Shown piece after piece: positions 29,922 through 40,599 of a DNA stretch of 54,131 nucleotides. The position numbers were made by a program, and so were the translations under genes. The DNA comes from Bacilli bacterium. Lineage in GTDB: Bacteria; Bacillota_I; Bacilli_A; RFN20; CAG-826. Under the pieces are notes generated by a model that was not told the DNA's origin, did not search any database, and worked only from the letters and a program-made list of their open reading frames with translations. Each line of letters begins with the position of its first letter. Positions within the stretch are counted from its first letter, which is position 1. The stretch is from NCBI GenBank assembly GCA_024408565.1, contig JAKSUW010000005.1:1-54131 (forward strand), given 5' to 3'.

Positions 29922-30575
29922 TTACTTAACCTCTACGGCTTGACCCGCTAAAGCAAGTACTGCGTCAGCCGGCTGCATTCCATCAATTGAGGTGACATAA
30001 CCCTTAGCTTCATAGAAACTAAGTAAGGGTTTCGTGTCACTATAATAGTGCGCTAAACGCGTCTTGAGCGAAGCTTCGTTATCATCTGGACGTTGCATGA
30101 GTGGTCCACCACAATGGTCGCAAATGCCTTCCACTTTGGGTGGGACATTAACGACGTGATAGGGCGTTCCACAATTCTTGCACACCCGCCGGCCGGAGAT
30201 GCGTTTCACCAAAATCGCTTCATCCGCCGTAAGATTAATAACTAAGTTCACCGGACGGTTTAACTTAGCGGTCAACTTCTCCAAAGCTTCCGCTTGCGCT
30301 AAGGTGCGTGGGAAGCCATCAAGAAGATAACCATGACTACAATCGTCTTGGGCAAGTCGAGCTTCAACGATACCAATGGTAACGTTGTCGGGGACAAGGT
30401 CCCCTCTTGCCATGTAGTCTTTGGCGAGTTGACCGAGTTCGGTTCCCGCCTTTATCGCTTCGCGAAACATGTCACCCGTTGAAATGTGCGGGATGTGATA
30501 CTTCGCGACCAGACGCTTTGCTAAGGTGCCTTTACCTGCACCGGGAGGTCCCATAAGGATAATATTACTTTTCAT
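29922..30575 (-). CDS. adk: Adenylate kinase (Zn-LID type)
   Basis: GPPGAGKGT, HISTGD, LDGFPRT, CKNC...CDHC. Confidence 0.97.
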   Translation of the reverse strand: MKSNIILMGPPGAGKGTLAKRLVAKYHIPHISTGDMFREAIKAGTELGQLAKDYMARGDLVPDNVTIGIVEARLAQDDCSHGYLLDGFPRTLAQAEALEKLTAKLNRPVNLVINLTADEAILVKRISGRRVCKNCGTPYHVVNVPPKVEGICDHCGGPLMQRPDDNEASLKTRLAHYYSDTKPLLSFYEAKGYVTSIDGMQPADAVLALAGQAVEVK

Positions 30576-30578
30576 AAA

Positions 30579-30986
30579 CTATAAACTTGCTCCTGCTGCT
30601 TGGACTTCTTCAAACGACTTGCCCGCTAAAAGGCCATCGATTTGCGCATTTAATTCAATCGCGACACCAACCACAATGATAAGGCTTGTACCACCTAAAG
30701 CCAAGGACTTATCATCGCCAAAGGCGTGCGCTAAGGTTAACACTACTGGTAAACCCGCAATGAAGGCTAAGGATATTGCGCCTAAGCAAGTAACGCGGTT
30801 TAAGACCTTACCAACATAACGTTCAGTTTCGTTACCGGGACGAATACCTGGAATATAAGAACCTGACTTTTGGAAGTTCTCCGCTAATTGTTGTGGGCTA
30901 ATTTGAATGCTCGCATAGAAGAAGCAGAATAAGATAGTTAAGGTGAGATAGATGAGAAGTCCCCACGGGAATTCAATATTACCCAT
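30579..30986 (-). CDS. secY: SecY C-terminal part (TM8-TM10)
   Basis: FCFFYA, YIPGIRPG.ET..Y, GGTSLIIVVGVA; preceded by GGGGAGG-6 nt-ATG. Confidence 0.88.
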   Translation of the reverse strand: MGNIEFPWGLLIYLTLTILFCFFYASIQISPQQLAENFQKSGSYIPGIRPGNETERYVGKVLNRVTCLGAISLAFIAGLPVVLTLAHAFGDDKSLALGGTSLIIVVGVAIELNAQIDGLLAGKSFEEVQAAGASL

Positions 30987-31001
30987 TGGTGGCCTCCCCC
31001 G

Positions 31002-31934
31002 CTACGAGAAGATTTTTCGCCACGGGTCGTTCGCGGCATAAACGCTAATAAAGCTTGCGATCACGCTTGGTGCAAGCATAATGCTACTAGCAAAGATGAC
31101 CGGAATAACACCAGCGGAGTTAATCTTGATTGGTAAGAAACTCGCCCGCGCCATGGTTGGATTTGCGCCACCACGACCCGCGTGTTGAACCGGGATCTTT
31201 CGTTTACTTAATTCAATAAAGACGACGAAAGAAATAATGAGAACAAACACTAAGATATAAAGGATAAACTGGAAGCTACCCTTTAAGATTTCACTCGCTG
31301 GACGACCAATGCCTGGTAACACCCATTTTTCAAACGCGGTTTTAATTTGGATTGGTAGACTCCGGATACAACCCGCAAAGATAATAACCGAAATACCATT
31401 GCCTAAACCTTTACTAGTGATCTGGTCACCTAACCACATCATGAGCATTGAACCAGCGAGAATAACAATAATAATGTAAATATAAGACCAAGGCGCTGGG
31501 ATTTGACCGTCTAAGGTAATTAATGATTGGTTTTCCATGGTCTTGATAATGCCATAAGCTTGGACTGAACCAAGTAGAAGCGTTAAATAACGAGTCGCCA
31601 TTTCGCTTTTCTTCCGGCCATATTCACCTTGCTTACTTAATTCAGTTAAAGCGGGTAAAACATCTTTACTTAATAATTGGACAATAATTTGAGCGGTAAT
31701 ATATGGACTAACACCAAGTGCGAAGATGGAGAAGTTTTGTAACGCACCTCCACCAATTAAGTCCATTAAGCCAACCGCTCCAGCGTTTTTTAACGCCTCG
31801 GCTAAATCAGGACTTGGTGTAACACCAGGAACAGTAATCGTCGCCCCAATCCGAATGACTAAAAGAATCATGATTGTAAATAAAATCCGACTCATGACTT
31901 CTTTGTTCTTTAGGATGTTAGCGATTTTCTTCAT
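31002..31934 (-). CDS. secY: SecY N-terminal part (TM1-TM7), ending at an in-frame TAG
   Basis: SIFALGVSPYITAQII, G.GNG.S..IFAG, INSAGVIPVIFA; same reading frame as the C-terminal part. Confidence 0.88.
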   Translation of the reverse strand: MKKIANILKNKEVMSRILFTIMILLVIRIGATITVPGVTPSPDLAEALKNAGAVGLMDLIGGGALQNFSIFALGVSPYITAQIIVQLLSKDVLPALTELSKQGEYGRKKSEMATRYLTLLLGSVQAYGIIKTMENQSLITLDGQIPAPWSYIYIIIVILAGSMLMMWLGDQITSKGLGNGISVIIFAGCIRSLPIQIKTAFEKWVLPGIGRPASEILKGSFQFILYILVFVLIISFVVFIELSKRKIPVQHAGRGGANPTMARASFLPIKINSAGVIPVIFASSIMLAPSVIASFISVYAANDPWRKIFS

Positions 31935-31940
31935 TAAATG

Positions 31941-32381
31941 TTATTTAATTTCCTTAATACTACCACCGGCTTTCTCAATCTTTGCTTTCGCGGATTTTGA
32001 AAACTTGTGGGCTTCAATATTGAGTTTCTTTTCTAAGGTTCCTTGACCTAAGATTTTCACTCCGGAACACTCACATTTTATAACACCATCACTTTTTAAT
32101 AAAGTGGGATTCACATTTGTTCCATCTTTATAACGGTTTAATTGTTCGAGATTAACGCAGGCATATTCCTTGCGGTTCATGTTGCTAAAACCGAACTTTG
32201 GTAACCGACGGTATAAGGGGTTTTGACCACCTTCGAAACCAACTTTCATATGGCCCGAACGGCTCCGTTGGCCTTTATGACCTTTGCCGCACGTCTTCCC
32301 ATTACCACTACCAACGCCCCGGCCTTTCCGGTACGCCTTCGTGACACTACCTGGAGTGTATTTTAATTCGTTTAGACCCAT
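31941..32381 (-). CDS. rplO: 50S ribosomal protein L15
   Basis: [26 protein letters not shown]. Confidence 0.97.
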   Translation of the reverse strand: MGLNELKYTPGSVTKAYRKGRGVGSGNGKTCGKGHKGQRSRSGHMKVGFEGGQNPLYRRLPKFGFSNMNRKEYACVNLEQLNRYKDGTNVNPTLLKSDGVIKCECSGVKILGQGTLEKKLNIEAHKFSKSAKAKIEKAGGSIKEIK

Positions 32382-32383
32382 AT

Positions 32384-33046
32384 TTACTTCGCCTCCTCAG
32401 GTTGATGATGTTCATCGACTAAGCCGCGGAGTTCCCGCACTTGGCGGTAGCTCTTTAATTGGCTAATCGCGTTATGGGTGGCGCGAATAACGTTAATACT
32501 CGCTCTTGCCCCATAAACTTTACTCACCACGTTCTTTAAACCCGAAAGTTCAAGAATGGCCCGCACTGGACCACCGGCAATAATACCAGTACCAGCCGGC
32601 GCGGGTTTTAAGTAAACTTTCGTCGCACCATATTTACCCATCACTTCGTGAGCAATCGTGGCGCCTTTAACAATATGAATGTTATACATGTTGTGACGTG
32701 CCGCTTCCAGTGACTTCTTAATCGCATCGGGTACTTCACCACTCTTTTCCATCGCAAAACCGTATTTGCCTTTCTTATCGCCGATCACCACTAACGCGCT
32801 AAAACGCATGTGACGACCACCTTGAACGGTCTTAGAAATCCGGTTAATATCAACGACTCTTTCTTCGTACTCTTTCCGTTCATCACGACGCATCCGACCA
32901 TGGTCACGGCGATTCCGTCCGTGTTGAGGACGAGCGTGTTCACCGGGTTTACCTTCCGCTTTTTTATCGGTAGGTTTTACTTCACCTTTTTTCTCGACCG
33001 CTACTTTCTTGTCCGCGGCAACTTCTTTCTTCATTTCTTCTGGCAT
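32384..33046 (-). CDS. rpsE: 30S ribosomal protein S5 with N-terminal extension
   Basis: [34 protein letters not shown]. Confidence 0.97.
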   Translation of the reverse strand: MPEEMKKEVAADKKVAVEKKGEVKPTDKKAEGKPGEHARPQHGRNRRDHGRMRRDERKEYEERVVDINRISKTVQGGRHMRFSALVVIGDKKGKYGFAMEKSGEVPDAIKKSLEAARHNMYNIHIVKGATIAHEVMGKYGATKVYLKPAPAGTGIIAGGPVRAILELSGLKNVVSKVYGARASINVIRATHNAISQLKSYRQVRELRGLVDEHHQPEEAK

Positions 33047-33056
33047 AGTTCACTCC

Positions 33057-33413
33057 TTAGAATTTTAATCCGCCTTTCCGGGCAGCTTCGGCAAGCGCCG
33101 CAACGCGACCATGATAAATATAACCACCACGATCAAACACGATGTTAGTAATTTTCTTGGCTTTGCAAGCTTCCGCTAAAGCGGCACCGACTTTACTCGC
33201 GGCCTCGACATTACCACCGTTAGTAAGTTTTAAACCTTTGCTACTCACCGATAATAAAGTCATGCCTTTAGTATCATCAATGACTTGAACTTCAATGTTC
33301 TTGTTCGAACGGAAGACGACGACCCGTGGGGTCTTGCTATCGCCTTTGACTTTCGCTCTCACGCGAGCGTGACGACGAACTCTTTCTTGATTACGTGAAT
33401 TCTTCTTAATCAT
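33057..33413 (-). CDS. rplR: 50S ribosomal protein L18
   Basis: [20 protein letters not shown]. Confidence 0.97.
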   Translation of the reverse strand: MIKKNSRNQERVRRHARVRAKVKGDSKTPRVVVFRSNKNIEVQVIDDTKGMTLLSVSSKGLKLTNGGNVEAASKVGAALAEACKAKKITNIVFDRGGYIYHGRVAALAEAARKGGLKF

Positions 33414-33427
33414 AAGCTAGCTCCTTA

Positions 33428-33997
33428 TTACTTCGCCCCACCAGCGGCTGGACCACCGGCTGCGGTCGCTCTCTTACCTTCCTTATGCGGTACATATTCG
33501 CCCACATAACGAATACCTTTACCTTTATAAACTTCAGGTGCCCGAGCATCATGGATTAAGGCCGCGGTTTGACCCACCGCTTGTTTATCAATGCCTTCCA
33601 CAATGATATTAGTGGCATCTTTACAGGTAATCTTACTATTAGGTTCAGGGGTAATAATAACAGTATGCGAATAACCAATGTGTAAACAAAGTTTCTCGCC
33701 TTGCATATTCGCCCGGTAACCAATACCGCGAATCTCTAACGCTTTCTTATAACCATCAGTCACACCGATGACCGCGTTATTTAAATTCGCGCGAACGGTG
33801 CCGTGGTTCGTCTTATTGACTTGTTCATCGTTAATCCGTTTGACACTTAAAATGCCATCTTTAAATTCACAAGTGATACCAGGAATAAGGCGCACATCTA
33901 AGGTGCCTCTTGGTCCCATGACTTTCACTTTTTCTGGACGGATATCTAGCGTCACTGTGCTAGGAATCTTAATAATTTTAAAACCGATACGTGACAT
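33428..33997 (-). CDS. rplF: 50S ribosomal protein L6
   Basis: MSRIG, GIGYRA, PE.YKGKGIRY; start at ATG 33997 after AAGGAG. Confidence 0.97.
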   Translation of the reverse strand: MSRIGFKIIKIPSTVTLDIRPEKVKVMGPRGTLDVRLIPGITCEFKDGILSVKRINDEQVNKTNHGTVRANLNNAVIGVTDGYKKALEIRGIGYRANMQGEKLCLHIGYSHTVIITPEPNSKITCKDATNIIVEGIDKQAVGQTAALIHDARAPEVYKGKGIRYVGEYVPHKEGKRATAAGGPAAGGAK

Positions 33998-34008
33998 ACT
34001 GATCTCCT

Positions 34009-34410
34009 TTACCACACATAGGCGAGGACTTCCCCACCCACTCCTAACGCGCGGGCTTTCGCATCGGTCATCACACCTTTGGAGGTACTAATGATGGCGA
34101 TACCTAAGCCTTTTAAAACTCGTGGAAGGTGTTCGGTGTCACTAGTCACCCGAAGACCAGGCTTCGAGATTTTCTTTAAACCCGAAATAACTTTTTCACC
34201 TTTCGCACCATACTTTAAAGTAATAGTAATGGTCTTTTTCACTTCGCCTTTTGAGACACTAAAGTCTTTAATAAAACCTTCGTCTTTTAAGATTTTGGCG
34301 ATTTCTTCTTTCATTTTGCTACTTGGCATATTCACCGTTTCATAACGTAAGGCGTTCGCGTTACGAATCCGGGTTAACATATCGCTAATTGGATCAATAA
34401 TCATACTCAC
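34009..34410 (-). CDS. rpsH: 30S ribosomal protein S8
   Basis: [28 protein letters not shown]. Confidence 0.98.
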   Translation of the reverse strand: MSMIIDPISDMLTRIRNANALRYETVNMPSSKMKEEIAKILKDEGFIKDFSVSKGEVKKTITITLKYGAKGEKVISGLKKISKPGLRVTSDTEHLPRVLKGLGIAIISTSKGVMTDAKARALGVGGEVLAYVW

Positions 34411-34416
34411 TCCTCC

Positions 34417-34602
34417 TTACCAAGAACTCTTCTTCATGCCTGGGATTTCGCCTTTATAGGCTAATTCTCTTAAGCAAATCCGGCAGAGTTTAAACTTACT
34501 ATAAACCGCGTGTGGACGACCACAGCGTTCACAGCGAGTGTATTCTCTCACCTTAAACTTTTGGGGTTTCTTACATCTAATTTTTTTACAAGTTTTTGCC
34601 AT
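34417..34602 (-). CDS. rpsN: 30S ribosomal protein S14 (Zn-binding type Z)
   Basis: [16 protein letters not shown], 61 aa. Confidence 0.97.
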   Translation of the reverse strand: MAKTCKKIRCKKPQKFKVREYTRCERCGRPHAVYSKFKLCRICLRELAYKGEIPGMKKSSW

Positions 34603-34613
34603 AGTGTTCTCCT

Positions 34614-35231
34614 TTATCGATTAAACGGCATTCCTAATAAATCAAGTAACGCCCGCGCTTCGCGGTCACTCTTCGCGGTAGTAACTACCACGATATCCAT
34701 TCCCCGCACTTTACTCACCTTATCGTAGTCAATTTCGGGGAAAATTAATTGTTCTTTAATACCTAAGGTATAGTTACCATGACCATCAAAGGCTTTCGCT
34801 GAAACGCCCCGGAAGTCACGCACCCGAGGAAGCGCAATACTTACTAACTTATCAAAGAATTCGTACATCTTGCTTCCGCGTAAAGTGACTTTACAACCAA
34901 TCGCTTGACCTTCACGAAGTTTAAAAGTCGCGATGGACTTTTTCGCTCTCGTCACCACGGGATGTTGACCAGTAATTAAACCTAACTCTTTCACTGAATC
35001 ATCAATGTATTTTGAGTTCGTGGTCGCATCGCCAATACCAATATTAATGACGATCTTCTCAAGCCGTGGAACGGCCATTTTGCTTGTATAGTCAAACTTC
35101 TTAATTAAAGCTGGAATAATTTCGCCCTCGTATTTACTTTTTAATCGAGGCGTATAATTCGCTTTCTTATTACCAGCGCCCGCTTTCTTCGCGGCGGGTT
35201 TTTTGACTGCTGTTTTAACTTCTTCCGCCAT
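34614..35231 (-). CDS. rplE: 50S ribosomal protein L5 with N-terminal extension
   Basis: [21 protein letters not shown]. Confidence 0.97.
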   Translation of the reverse strand: MAEEVKTAVKKPAAKKAGAGNKKANYTPRLKSKYEGEIIPALIKKFDYTSKMAVPRLEKIVINIGIGDATTNSKYIDDSVKELGLITGQHPVVTRAKKSIATFKLREGQAIGCKVTLRGSKMYEFFDKLVSIALPRVRDFRGVSAKAFDGHGNYTLGIKEQLIFPEIDYDKVSKVRGMDIVVVTTAKSDREARALLDLLGMPFNR

Positions 35232-35242
35232 AGTGAACCTCC

Positions 35243-35548
35243 TTAAATCGCTGTGCCGGTCTTTTTATTAACCCGGACTTTACCTTTTTCTGTTTTCTTA
35301 TAACCGACTTTTACGGTTTTCTTCGTTTTGGGATCAATTAATGCAACGTTTGACACATCAATTGGAACATACACATCGAGCACGCTCCCTTCGGGAGTTT
35401 GTTGGGTGGGCTTATTATGTTTCTTATGCACATTCACGCCCTCTACCACGACACGGTGAAGTTTCGGAAGGACACGTTGAACAATCCCTTCCTTACCTTT
35501 ATCCGCACCAGCGATGACTTTGACTTTATCACCTTTTCTAATCTTCAT
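35243..35548 (-). CDS. rplX: 50S ribosomal protein L24
   Basis: [18 protein letters not shown]. Confidence 0.97.
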   Translation of the reverse strand: MKIRKGDKVKVIAGADKGKEGIVQRVLPKLHRVVVEGVNVHKKHNKPTQQTPEGSVLDVYVPIDVSNVALIDPKTKKTVKVGYKKTEKGKVRVNKKTGTAI

Positions 35549-35559
35549 ACGCTTTCTCC

Positions 35560-35934
35560 TTATAAGACCTCAATCGCTAAGGACACGATTTTCATAAATC
35601 CTTCGCCCTTATCACGAAGTTCACGTGCGACTGGACCAAACACACGAGTACCAACGGGTGTCCCATCATCGTTAATTAAAACGCAAGCGTTATCATCAAA
35701 CGCGATTTGACTACCATCTGGACGGTTATAGGCTTTCTTCGTGCGAACGATGATCGCTTTAACAACATCGCCTTTCTTGACTTTGCCATTCGGAATCGCT
35801 TCCTTCACAGCGCAAAGCACGATATCACCAATCCCCGAAGACTTGCGGTTAGAACCACCGTAGAGGTTAAAGATTCTGACACTTCTAGCGCCGCTATTAT
35901 CGGCGACCACTAAATTGGTTTCCTTTTGCACCAT
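35560..35934 (-). CDS. rplN: 50S ribosomal protein L14
   Basis: [24 protein letters not shown]. Confidence 0.98.
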   Translation of the reverse strand: MVQKETNLVVADNSGARSVRIFNLYGGSNRKSSGIGDIVLCAVKEAIPNGKVKKGDVVKAIIVRTKKAYNRPDGSQIAFDDNACVLINDDGTPVGTRVFGPVARELRDKGEGFMKIVSLAIEVL

Positions 35935-35936
35935 AA

Positions 35937-36407
35937 TTACTTTTCCTCCTTCTTTTCGTCTTCGGCATTCTTAGCTTCTTCCGCCTTCTTAGCCGCTTCT
36001 TCCGCTTTTTCTTTTTCTTCTCTTAAACGAGCGTGTTCGGCTTCGATTTCCGCCACCTTCTTATCGGTCACGGCTTTTTCTTGCGCCTTCACGTCTTTAA
36101 TCTTTTCTTCGACGTTTAATTCCGCGGTGTTAATCTTAATTTCCGCTAACGCTTTCTTATCAATGCTCACTAAGCGGAATCGCTTTAATTTCGAGATGGG
36201 TTTAGTGCCCATGATTGTCACCACGTCGTTAACTTTCGCTTTATTCTTTTCATCGTGCACATAATACTTCTTCGCATATTTCACGCGCTTGCCGTATTTA
36301 GCGTGCTTACGATAAGTTTCAACTAAGACCACAATGGTCTTATCCATTTTGGTCGAAATGACCACACCTTGCATGGTGCGGCGTTGACCACGTACTAACT
36401 CTGACAT
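35937..36407 (-). CDS. rpsQ: 30S ribosomal protein S17 with long C-terminal Glu/Lys/Ala extension
   Basis: [24 protein letters not shown]. Confidence 0.96.
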   Translation of the reverse strand: MSELVRGQRRTMQGVVISTKMDKTIVVLVETYRKHAKYGKRVKYAKKYYVHDEKNKAKVNDVVTIMGTKPISKLKRFRLVSIDKKALAEIKINTAELNVEEKIKDVKAQEKAVTDKKVAEIEAEHARLREEKEKAEEAAKKAEEAKNAEDEKKEEK

Positions 36408-36409
36408 AC

Positions 36410-36643
36410 TTACTTAGCCTCCTTTTTACTCGGAGCGGATTTTTTCTTTTTCTCCGCGATTTCGCGTTCTTTTAAAACGGTGTTAATCCGCGCGATATCT
36501 TTCCGAATCCCGTGGAGTTGTTCACCATGTTCAAGTTGCCCAACGGCTTTCTTCCGACGGAGATTAAATAATTCTTCTTGTAAATGATAAAGCTTATCTT
36601 TTAATTCGTCAGTCGGTAAGGCTTTGACATCATCAATTTTCAT
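36410..36643 (-). CDS. rpmC: 50S ribosomal protein L29
   Basis: [18 protein letters not shown]. Confidence 0.95.
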   Translation of the reverse strand: MKIDDVKALPTDELKDKLYHLQEELFNLRRKKAVGQLEHGEQLHGIRKDIARINTVLKEREIAEKKKKSAPSKKEAK

Positions 36644-36645
36644 AA

Positions 36646-37059
36646 TTACTTCTCTCCTTTCTTCACAATCTTACAATGAATCGGTAATTTATAAGCGCAT
36701 AGGCGTAACGCTTCGCGAGCCGCACTGGCGGGGACGCCACCGATTTCAAACATAATGCGGCCCCGTTTTACCACGGCCACATAATATTCAGGGTTACCTT
36801 TACCAGAACCCATCCGGACTTCGGCGGGTTTCTTGGTTTTGGCTAAATGGGGGAAAATCTTAATCCAGACTTTACCTGCCCGGTTGGTATAACCGGCTAA
36901 CACAATCCGCGCCGCTTCAATTTGGCGGTCGGTAATCCAAGCGCCTTCCATGGCCTTAAGGCCAAAGTCACCGTATTGGACTTCATTACCCGCTTTACTC
37001 TTCCCTTCATACTTAATCGCATGGGGACGGCGGTATTTCATTCTCTTTGGTTGTAACAT
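36646..37059 (-). CDS. rplP: 50S ribosomal protein L16
   Basis: [23 protein letters not shown]. Confidence 0.98.
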   Translation of the reverse strand: MLQPKRMKYRRPHAIKYEGKSKAGNEVQYGDFGLKAMEGAWITDRQIEAARIVLAGYTNRAGKVWIKIFPHLAKTKKPAEVRMGSGKGNPEYYVAVVKRGRIMFEIGGVPASAAREALRLCAYKLPIHCKIVKKGEK

Positions 37060-37832
37060 TACTTATTCCCTCCTTCCGCTTTTTCCTCACTCACTTCGCG
37101 GCGTGGACGACGATCACGGTTAAACCGTGGACGACGTGGTTGGGGTGCTTCTTGTGGCATATTGGCCTCGGCTTCAAGTTCTTCCTTACTTTTATAATTA
37201 CCACGGCAGATCCAAACCTTTACCCCTAAACGACCATAAGTGGTCTTCGCTTCCGCAATCGCGAAATCAATATCACTCCGTAAGGTATGAAGCGGGATAA
37301 TTCCGTCTTTATAACCTTCGTTACGCGCAATATCAGCACCACCTAAACGGCCGCCGACTAAAGTCCGGCAACCTTTCGCACCGGCTTTTCTCACGCGAGA
37401 AATGGCTTTCTTTTGGGCGGTTCTAAAGCTCGCCCGGTTTTCTAATTCTAAGGCAATTTGTTGAGCGACAATCGCCGCATCTAAATCAGGATGTTTCACT
37501 TCAACGACGTCAATTCTTAACTTACCTGATTTAACAATCTTTTGTAAGGCTTGGTTGATCTTAGTGATGTTACTACTATCTTGACCAATCACAACGCCAG
37601 GTTTAGCCACAAAGGGCATGACCACAACTTTATAACTACCATCGTTATTCTTCTTTCTTTCGATTTCGATATGGGAAACAAGTGCGTCTTGGCACGCCTT
37701 CATTAAATATTTCCGAATCGCGATATCTTCTAATAAGAACGCACTATATTTATCACCATCCGCGTACCACCGAGAATTCCAATCCCGATTGATACCCATT
37801 CTAAAACCAACTGGATTAACTTTATGACCCAT
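37059..37832 (-). CDS. rpsC: 30S ribosomal protein S3
   Basis: [30 protein letters not shown]. Confidence 0.98.
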   Translation of the reverse strand: MGHKVNPVGFRMGINRDWNSRWYADGDKYSAFLLEDIAIRKYLMKACQDALVSHIEIERKKNNDGSYKVVVMPFVAKPGVVIGQDSSNITKINQALQKIVKSGKLRIDVVEVKHPDLDAAIVAQQIALELENRASFRTAQKKAISRVRKAGAKGCRTLVGGRLGGADIARNEGYKDGIIPLHTLRSDIDFAIAEAKTTYGRLGVKVWICRGNYKSKEELEAEANMPQEAPQPRRPRFNRDRRPRREVSEEKAEGGNK

Positions 37833-37833
37833 A

Positions 37834-38259
37834 TTACTTCTCCTTCACGGTGACTGTCACAATGGACGCCCGTTTCACTTTACCACTTGCGCTACCTTTC
37901 GCTCTTGGCATATAACGTTTCATCTTAATGCCATCGTTCGCGTAGGCTTTCACAATATAGAGTTTGTCATAATTCATATTGAAGTTATTACTCGCATTCG
38001 CGGATGCACTCTTAATGACTTTAATAATGTCGCGAGCGCCTAACTTATTCGTATTGTTTAAAATCGCAATGGCTTCGCTCACGGGTTTATTTCTCACTAA
38101 ATCAAGTAGTAAGCGGGCTTTCCGTGGCGTCATTCTTAAATCACGCGCAATCGCAGTGGCTTCCGTGACTGGAGCCTTCACCACTTTCTTTGCTTCTTTT
38201 TCTTTCTTCTCAGCTTGCGCTTTCTTTTCTGTTTTGGGTTTTCTTTTTAAAATCGCCAT
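37834..38259 (-). CDS. rplV: 50S ribosomal protein L22 with N-terminal extension
   Basis: TPRKARL, SA.ANA, PRAKG.A. Confidence 0.96.
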   Translation of the reverse strand: MAILKRKPKTEKKAQAEKKEKEAKKVVKAPVTEATAIARDLRMTPRKARLLLDLVRNKPVSEAIAILNNTNKLGARDIIKVIKSASANASNNFNMNYDKLYIVKAYANDGIKMKRYMPRAKGSASGKVKRASIVTVTVKEK

Positions 38260-38269
38260 AACTTACTCC

Positions 38270-38650
38270 TTATTTCTTCGCGGCTGGTGCAGCAGCGGGT
38301 GCAGCGGCTGGTGCGGCAGCAGCGGGTTTTGCTCCAGCGGCTGGTTTAGCAGCTGGGGCTGCAGCAGCGGCAGCGGCCTTATCTTCCGCGTTATTACCGG
38401 TATGCATATGGAAGGTTCTCGTTGGGGCGAATTCACCTAACTTATGACCGACCATATCTTCGGTAACGTACACCGTGATATGTTCACGCCCGTTATACAC
38501 CGCAAAGGTTAACCCGACAAAATCCGGGAAAATCGTTGACCGGCGACTCCAGGTCTTAATAATTGATTTCTTATTAGCCTTGTTTAAAGCTTCTACCTTC
38601 TTCATGAGGGAAGCTTCAACGTATGGTCCTTTCTTTAAACTTCTTGCCAT
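38270..38650 (-). CDS. rpsS: 30S ribosomal protein S19 with Ala/Pro-rich C-terminal extension
   Basis: [29 protein letters not shown]. Confidence 0.97.
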   Translation of the reverse strand: MARSLKKGPYVEASLMKKVEALNKANKKSIIKTWSRRSTIFPDFVGLTFAVYNGREHITVYVTEDMVGHKLGEFAPTRTFHMHTGNNAEDKAAAAAAAPAAKPAAGAKPAAAAPAAAPAAAPAAKK

Positions 38651-38662
38651 AAATTATTCTCC

Positions 38663-39493
38663 TTACGCATTCCGACGTCTAATAATGAGCTTGGTGGAGT
38701 GTTGTTTGACCTTCCGGGTCTTCACACCAAGGGCACGTTTACCCCATGGGGTCCGTGGCGCATCGCGGCCGACTGGACACTTACCTTCACCACCACCATG
38801 TGGGTGATCAGGTGGGTTCATCGCACTACCACGAACGGTTGGACGAACACCTAAGTATCTCGTCTTACCCGCTTTTCCGCGGTTAATTAAGGTATAGTCT
38901 TCGTTACCGACGACACCGATGGTGGCGCGGCAATTATTTAAAATCTTCCGCATTTCGCCTGAAGCTAAACGGACGATAACATAGCGACCTTCTTTACCTA
39001 AGACTTGGGCACTCGTTCCTGCAGCGCGACAAAGTTGTCCGCCTTTTCCAGGGTTAAGTTCGACGTTATGGACGAACGTACCTTCAGGGATATTCACGAG
39101 TTCCATCGCGTTCCCCACTTGGACATCGGTCACGCGGCCCGAGATAATGACGCTACCGACTTTGATATCTTTCGGTGCTAAAATGTAGCGTTTCTCGCCA
39201 TCGCGATAATTGACTAAGCAGATGTGGGCGTTGCGGTTAGGATCATATTCGATTGTCGCTACGACCCCAACGATGTCGTCTTTATTCCGTTTAAAATCAA
39301 TAATCCGGTATTTGTGTTTATTACCGCCACCAATGTGACGGGTAGTAATAACACCTTGGTTATTACGACCGCCTGTTTTATTTAACTTTCTAGTTAAACT
39401 TTTTTCAGGTAGGTTAGTCGTAATTTCGTTATACATAACACTACTCATCGCACGACGAGATGGTGATGTAGGACGATAATTCTTCATTGCCAT
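38663..39493 (-). CDS. rplB: 50S ribosomal protein L2
   Basis: [19 protein letters not shown]. Confidence 0.98.
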   Translation of the reverse strand: MAMKNYRPTSPSRRAMSSVMYNEITTNLPEKSLTRKLNKTGGRNNQGVITTRHIGGGNKHKYRIIDFKRNKDDIVGVVATIEYDPNRNAHICLVNYRDGEKRYILAPKDIKVGSVIISGRVTDVQVGNAMELVNIPEGTFVHNVELNPGKGGQLCRAAGTSAQVLGKEGRYVIVRLASGEMRKILNNCRATIGVVGNEDYTLINRGKAGKTRYLGVRPTVRGSAMNPPDHPHGGGEGKCPVGRDAPRTPWGKRALGVKTRKVKQHSTKLIIRRRNA

Positions 39494-39527
39494 AATGTTT
39501 GCCTCCTATAATTTAGTTAACTGTTAT

Positions 39528-39974
39528 TTATTCCTTGAATAAATCAATGGCTTGACCTTCAGCGATGGTAATAACCGCTTTCTTATAACCTTGGATCTTA
39601 CCTTGGTAGCGGCCACCACGCGTGGTCTTCTTCGCCCGCACGGTTACAACACTCACGTGCGTAGCTTTTACTTTAAATAAGCGTTCAAACGCTAATTTAA
39701 CTTGGGTTTTGTTCGCGCTCGGTTTGACTTTAAAAGTGGCTTGGTTTTGATTTTGAATCATCGCCATGCTCTTCTCAGTAATAATCGGCGCAATAATGAC
39801 GCTAAAGTCATAACGATTGGCTTTGGCCATATCTTTATTGCTCGTGTTCACCTTGACGACTTCTTTCTTCGCTGGCTTCACGGCTTTTTTACTTGCCTCT
39901 TCCTTCTTCGGAGCTTCGGCTTTTTCAGTCGCTTTCTTTGTTTCTTTTTTTGCGACTTTCTTCTCGTCCGCCAT
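39528..39974 (-). CDS. rplW: 50S ribosomal protein L23 with N-terminal extension
   Basis: PIITEKS, ANK..VK, YKKA.IT. Confidence 0.95.
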   Translation of the reverse strand: MADEKKVAKKETKKATEKAEAPKKEEASKKAVKPAKKEVVKVNTSNKDMAKANRYDFSVIIAPIITEKSMAMIQNQNQATFKVKPSANKTQVKLAFERLFKVKATHVSVVTVRAKKTTRGGRYQGKIQGYKKAVITIAEGQAIDLFKE

Positions 39975-40597
39975 TATTTGACCTCCTTCACGACGTCCGC
40001 GGTTAATAATAAGTTACGCGCGTTCATGACGTCATAGACATTTAGATGTTTAAGATCTAAGAGTTTTACGTTGCTTAAGTTATGAGCGGCGTGCATAAGG
40101 TTAGTATCAACCTTACTTACAACCACAAGGGTCTTGCCTTCTAACTTAAGGGCTTTAATAATCTTATTAAAAGACTTTGTCTTTTTATCTGTCTTTAATT
40201 CATCAATCACGACTAAGCCTTTCTTCGCTTTAAGTGATAAAGCACTATACATCGCTAATTGATGTTCTTTCCGGTTTTGGTTTAACTTAAAGTTTTGGAC
40301 ACCCTTTGGGCCAAAGACGGTACCACCGCCAACCCAAATTGGTGAACGAGTCGAACCGGCACGGGCACGACCAGTACCTTTTTGTCTCCATGGTTTCTTA
40401 CCACCACCACTAACTTCACTTCTTTTCTTTGTTTTCGCGGTGGCTTGGCGAGCGTTCGCGTTCGCTAATTTAACCGCGTGATAAATGGCTTGATCGTTAG
40501 GTTTCACCCCAAAGACCTTACTATTTAAATCAATGGTTGAGACTTTAGCGCCAGTGGCGTTAACAACATCAACGGTAATTTTCTTACTTTCCGCCAT
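39974..40597 (-). CDS. rplD: 50S ribosomal protein L4
   Basis: VSGGGKKPWRQKGTGRAR.GS.RSP. Confidence 0.98.
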   Translation of the reverse strand: MAESKKITVDVVNATGAKVSTIDLNSKVFGVKPNDQAIYHAVKLANANARQATAKTKKRSEVSGGGKKPWRQKGTGRARAGSTRSPIWVGGGTVFGPKGVQNFKLNQNRKEHQLAMYSALSLKAKKGLVVIDELKTDKKTKSFNKIIKALKLEGKTLVVVSKVDTNLMHAAHNLSNVKLLDLKHLNVYDVMNARNLLLTADVVKEVK

Positions 40598-40599
40598 AA

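Noticed and set aside
31002-31004. TAG reassignment (alternative genetic code) as the explanation for the secY stop
   Set aside because: TAG terminates several conserved genes at their expected ends (dacA, pyrE, pyrK, carB, secY C-part), and no other conserved gene in the window has an internal TAG
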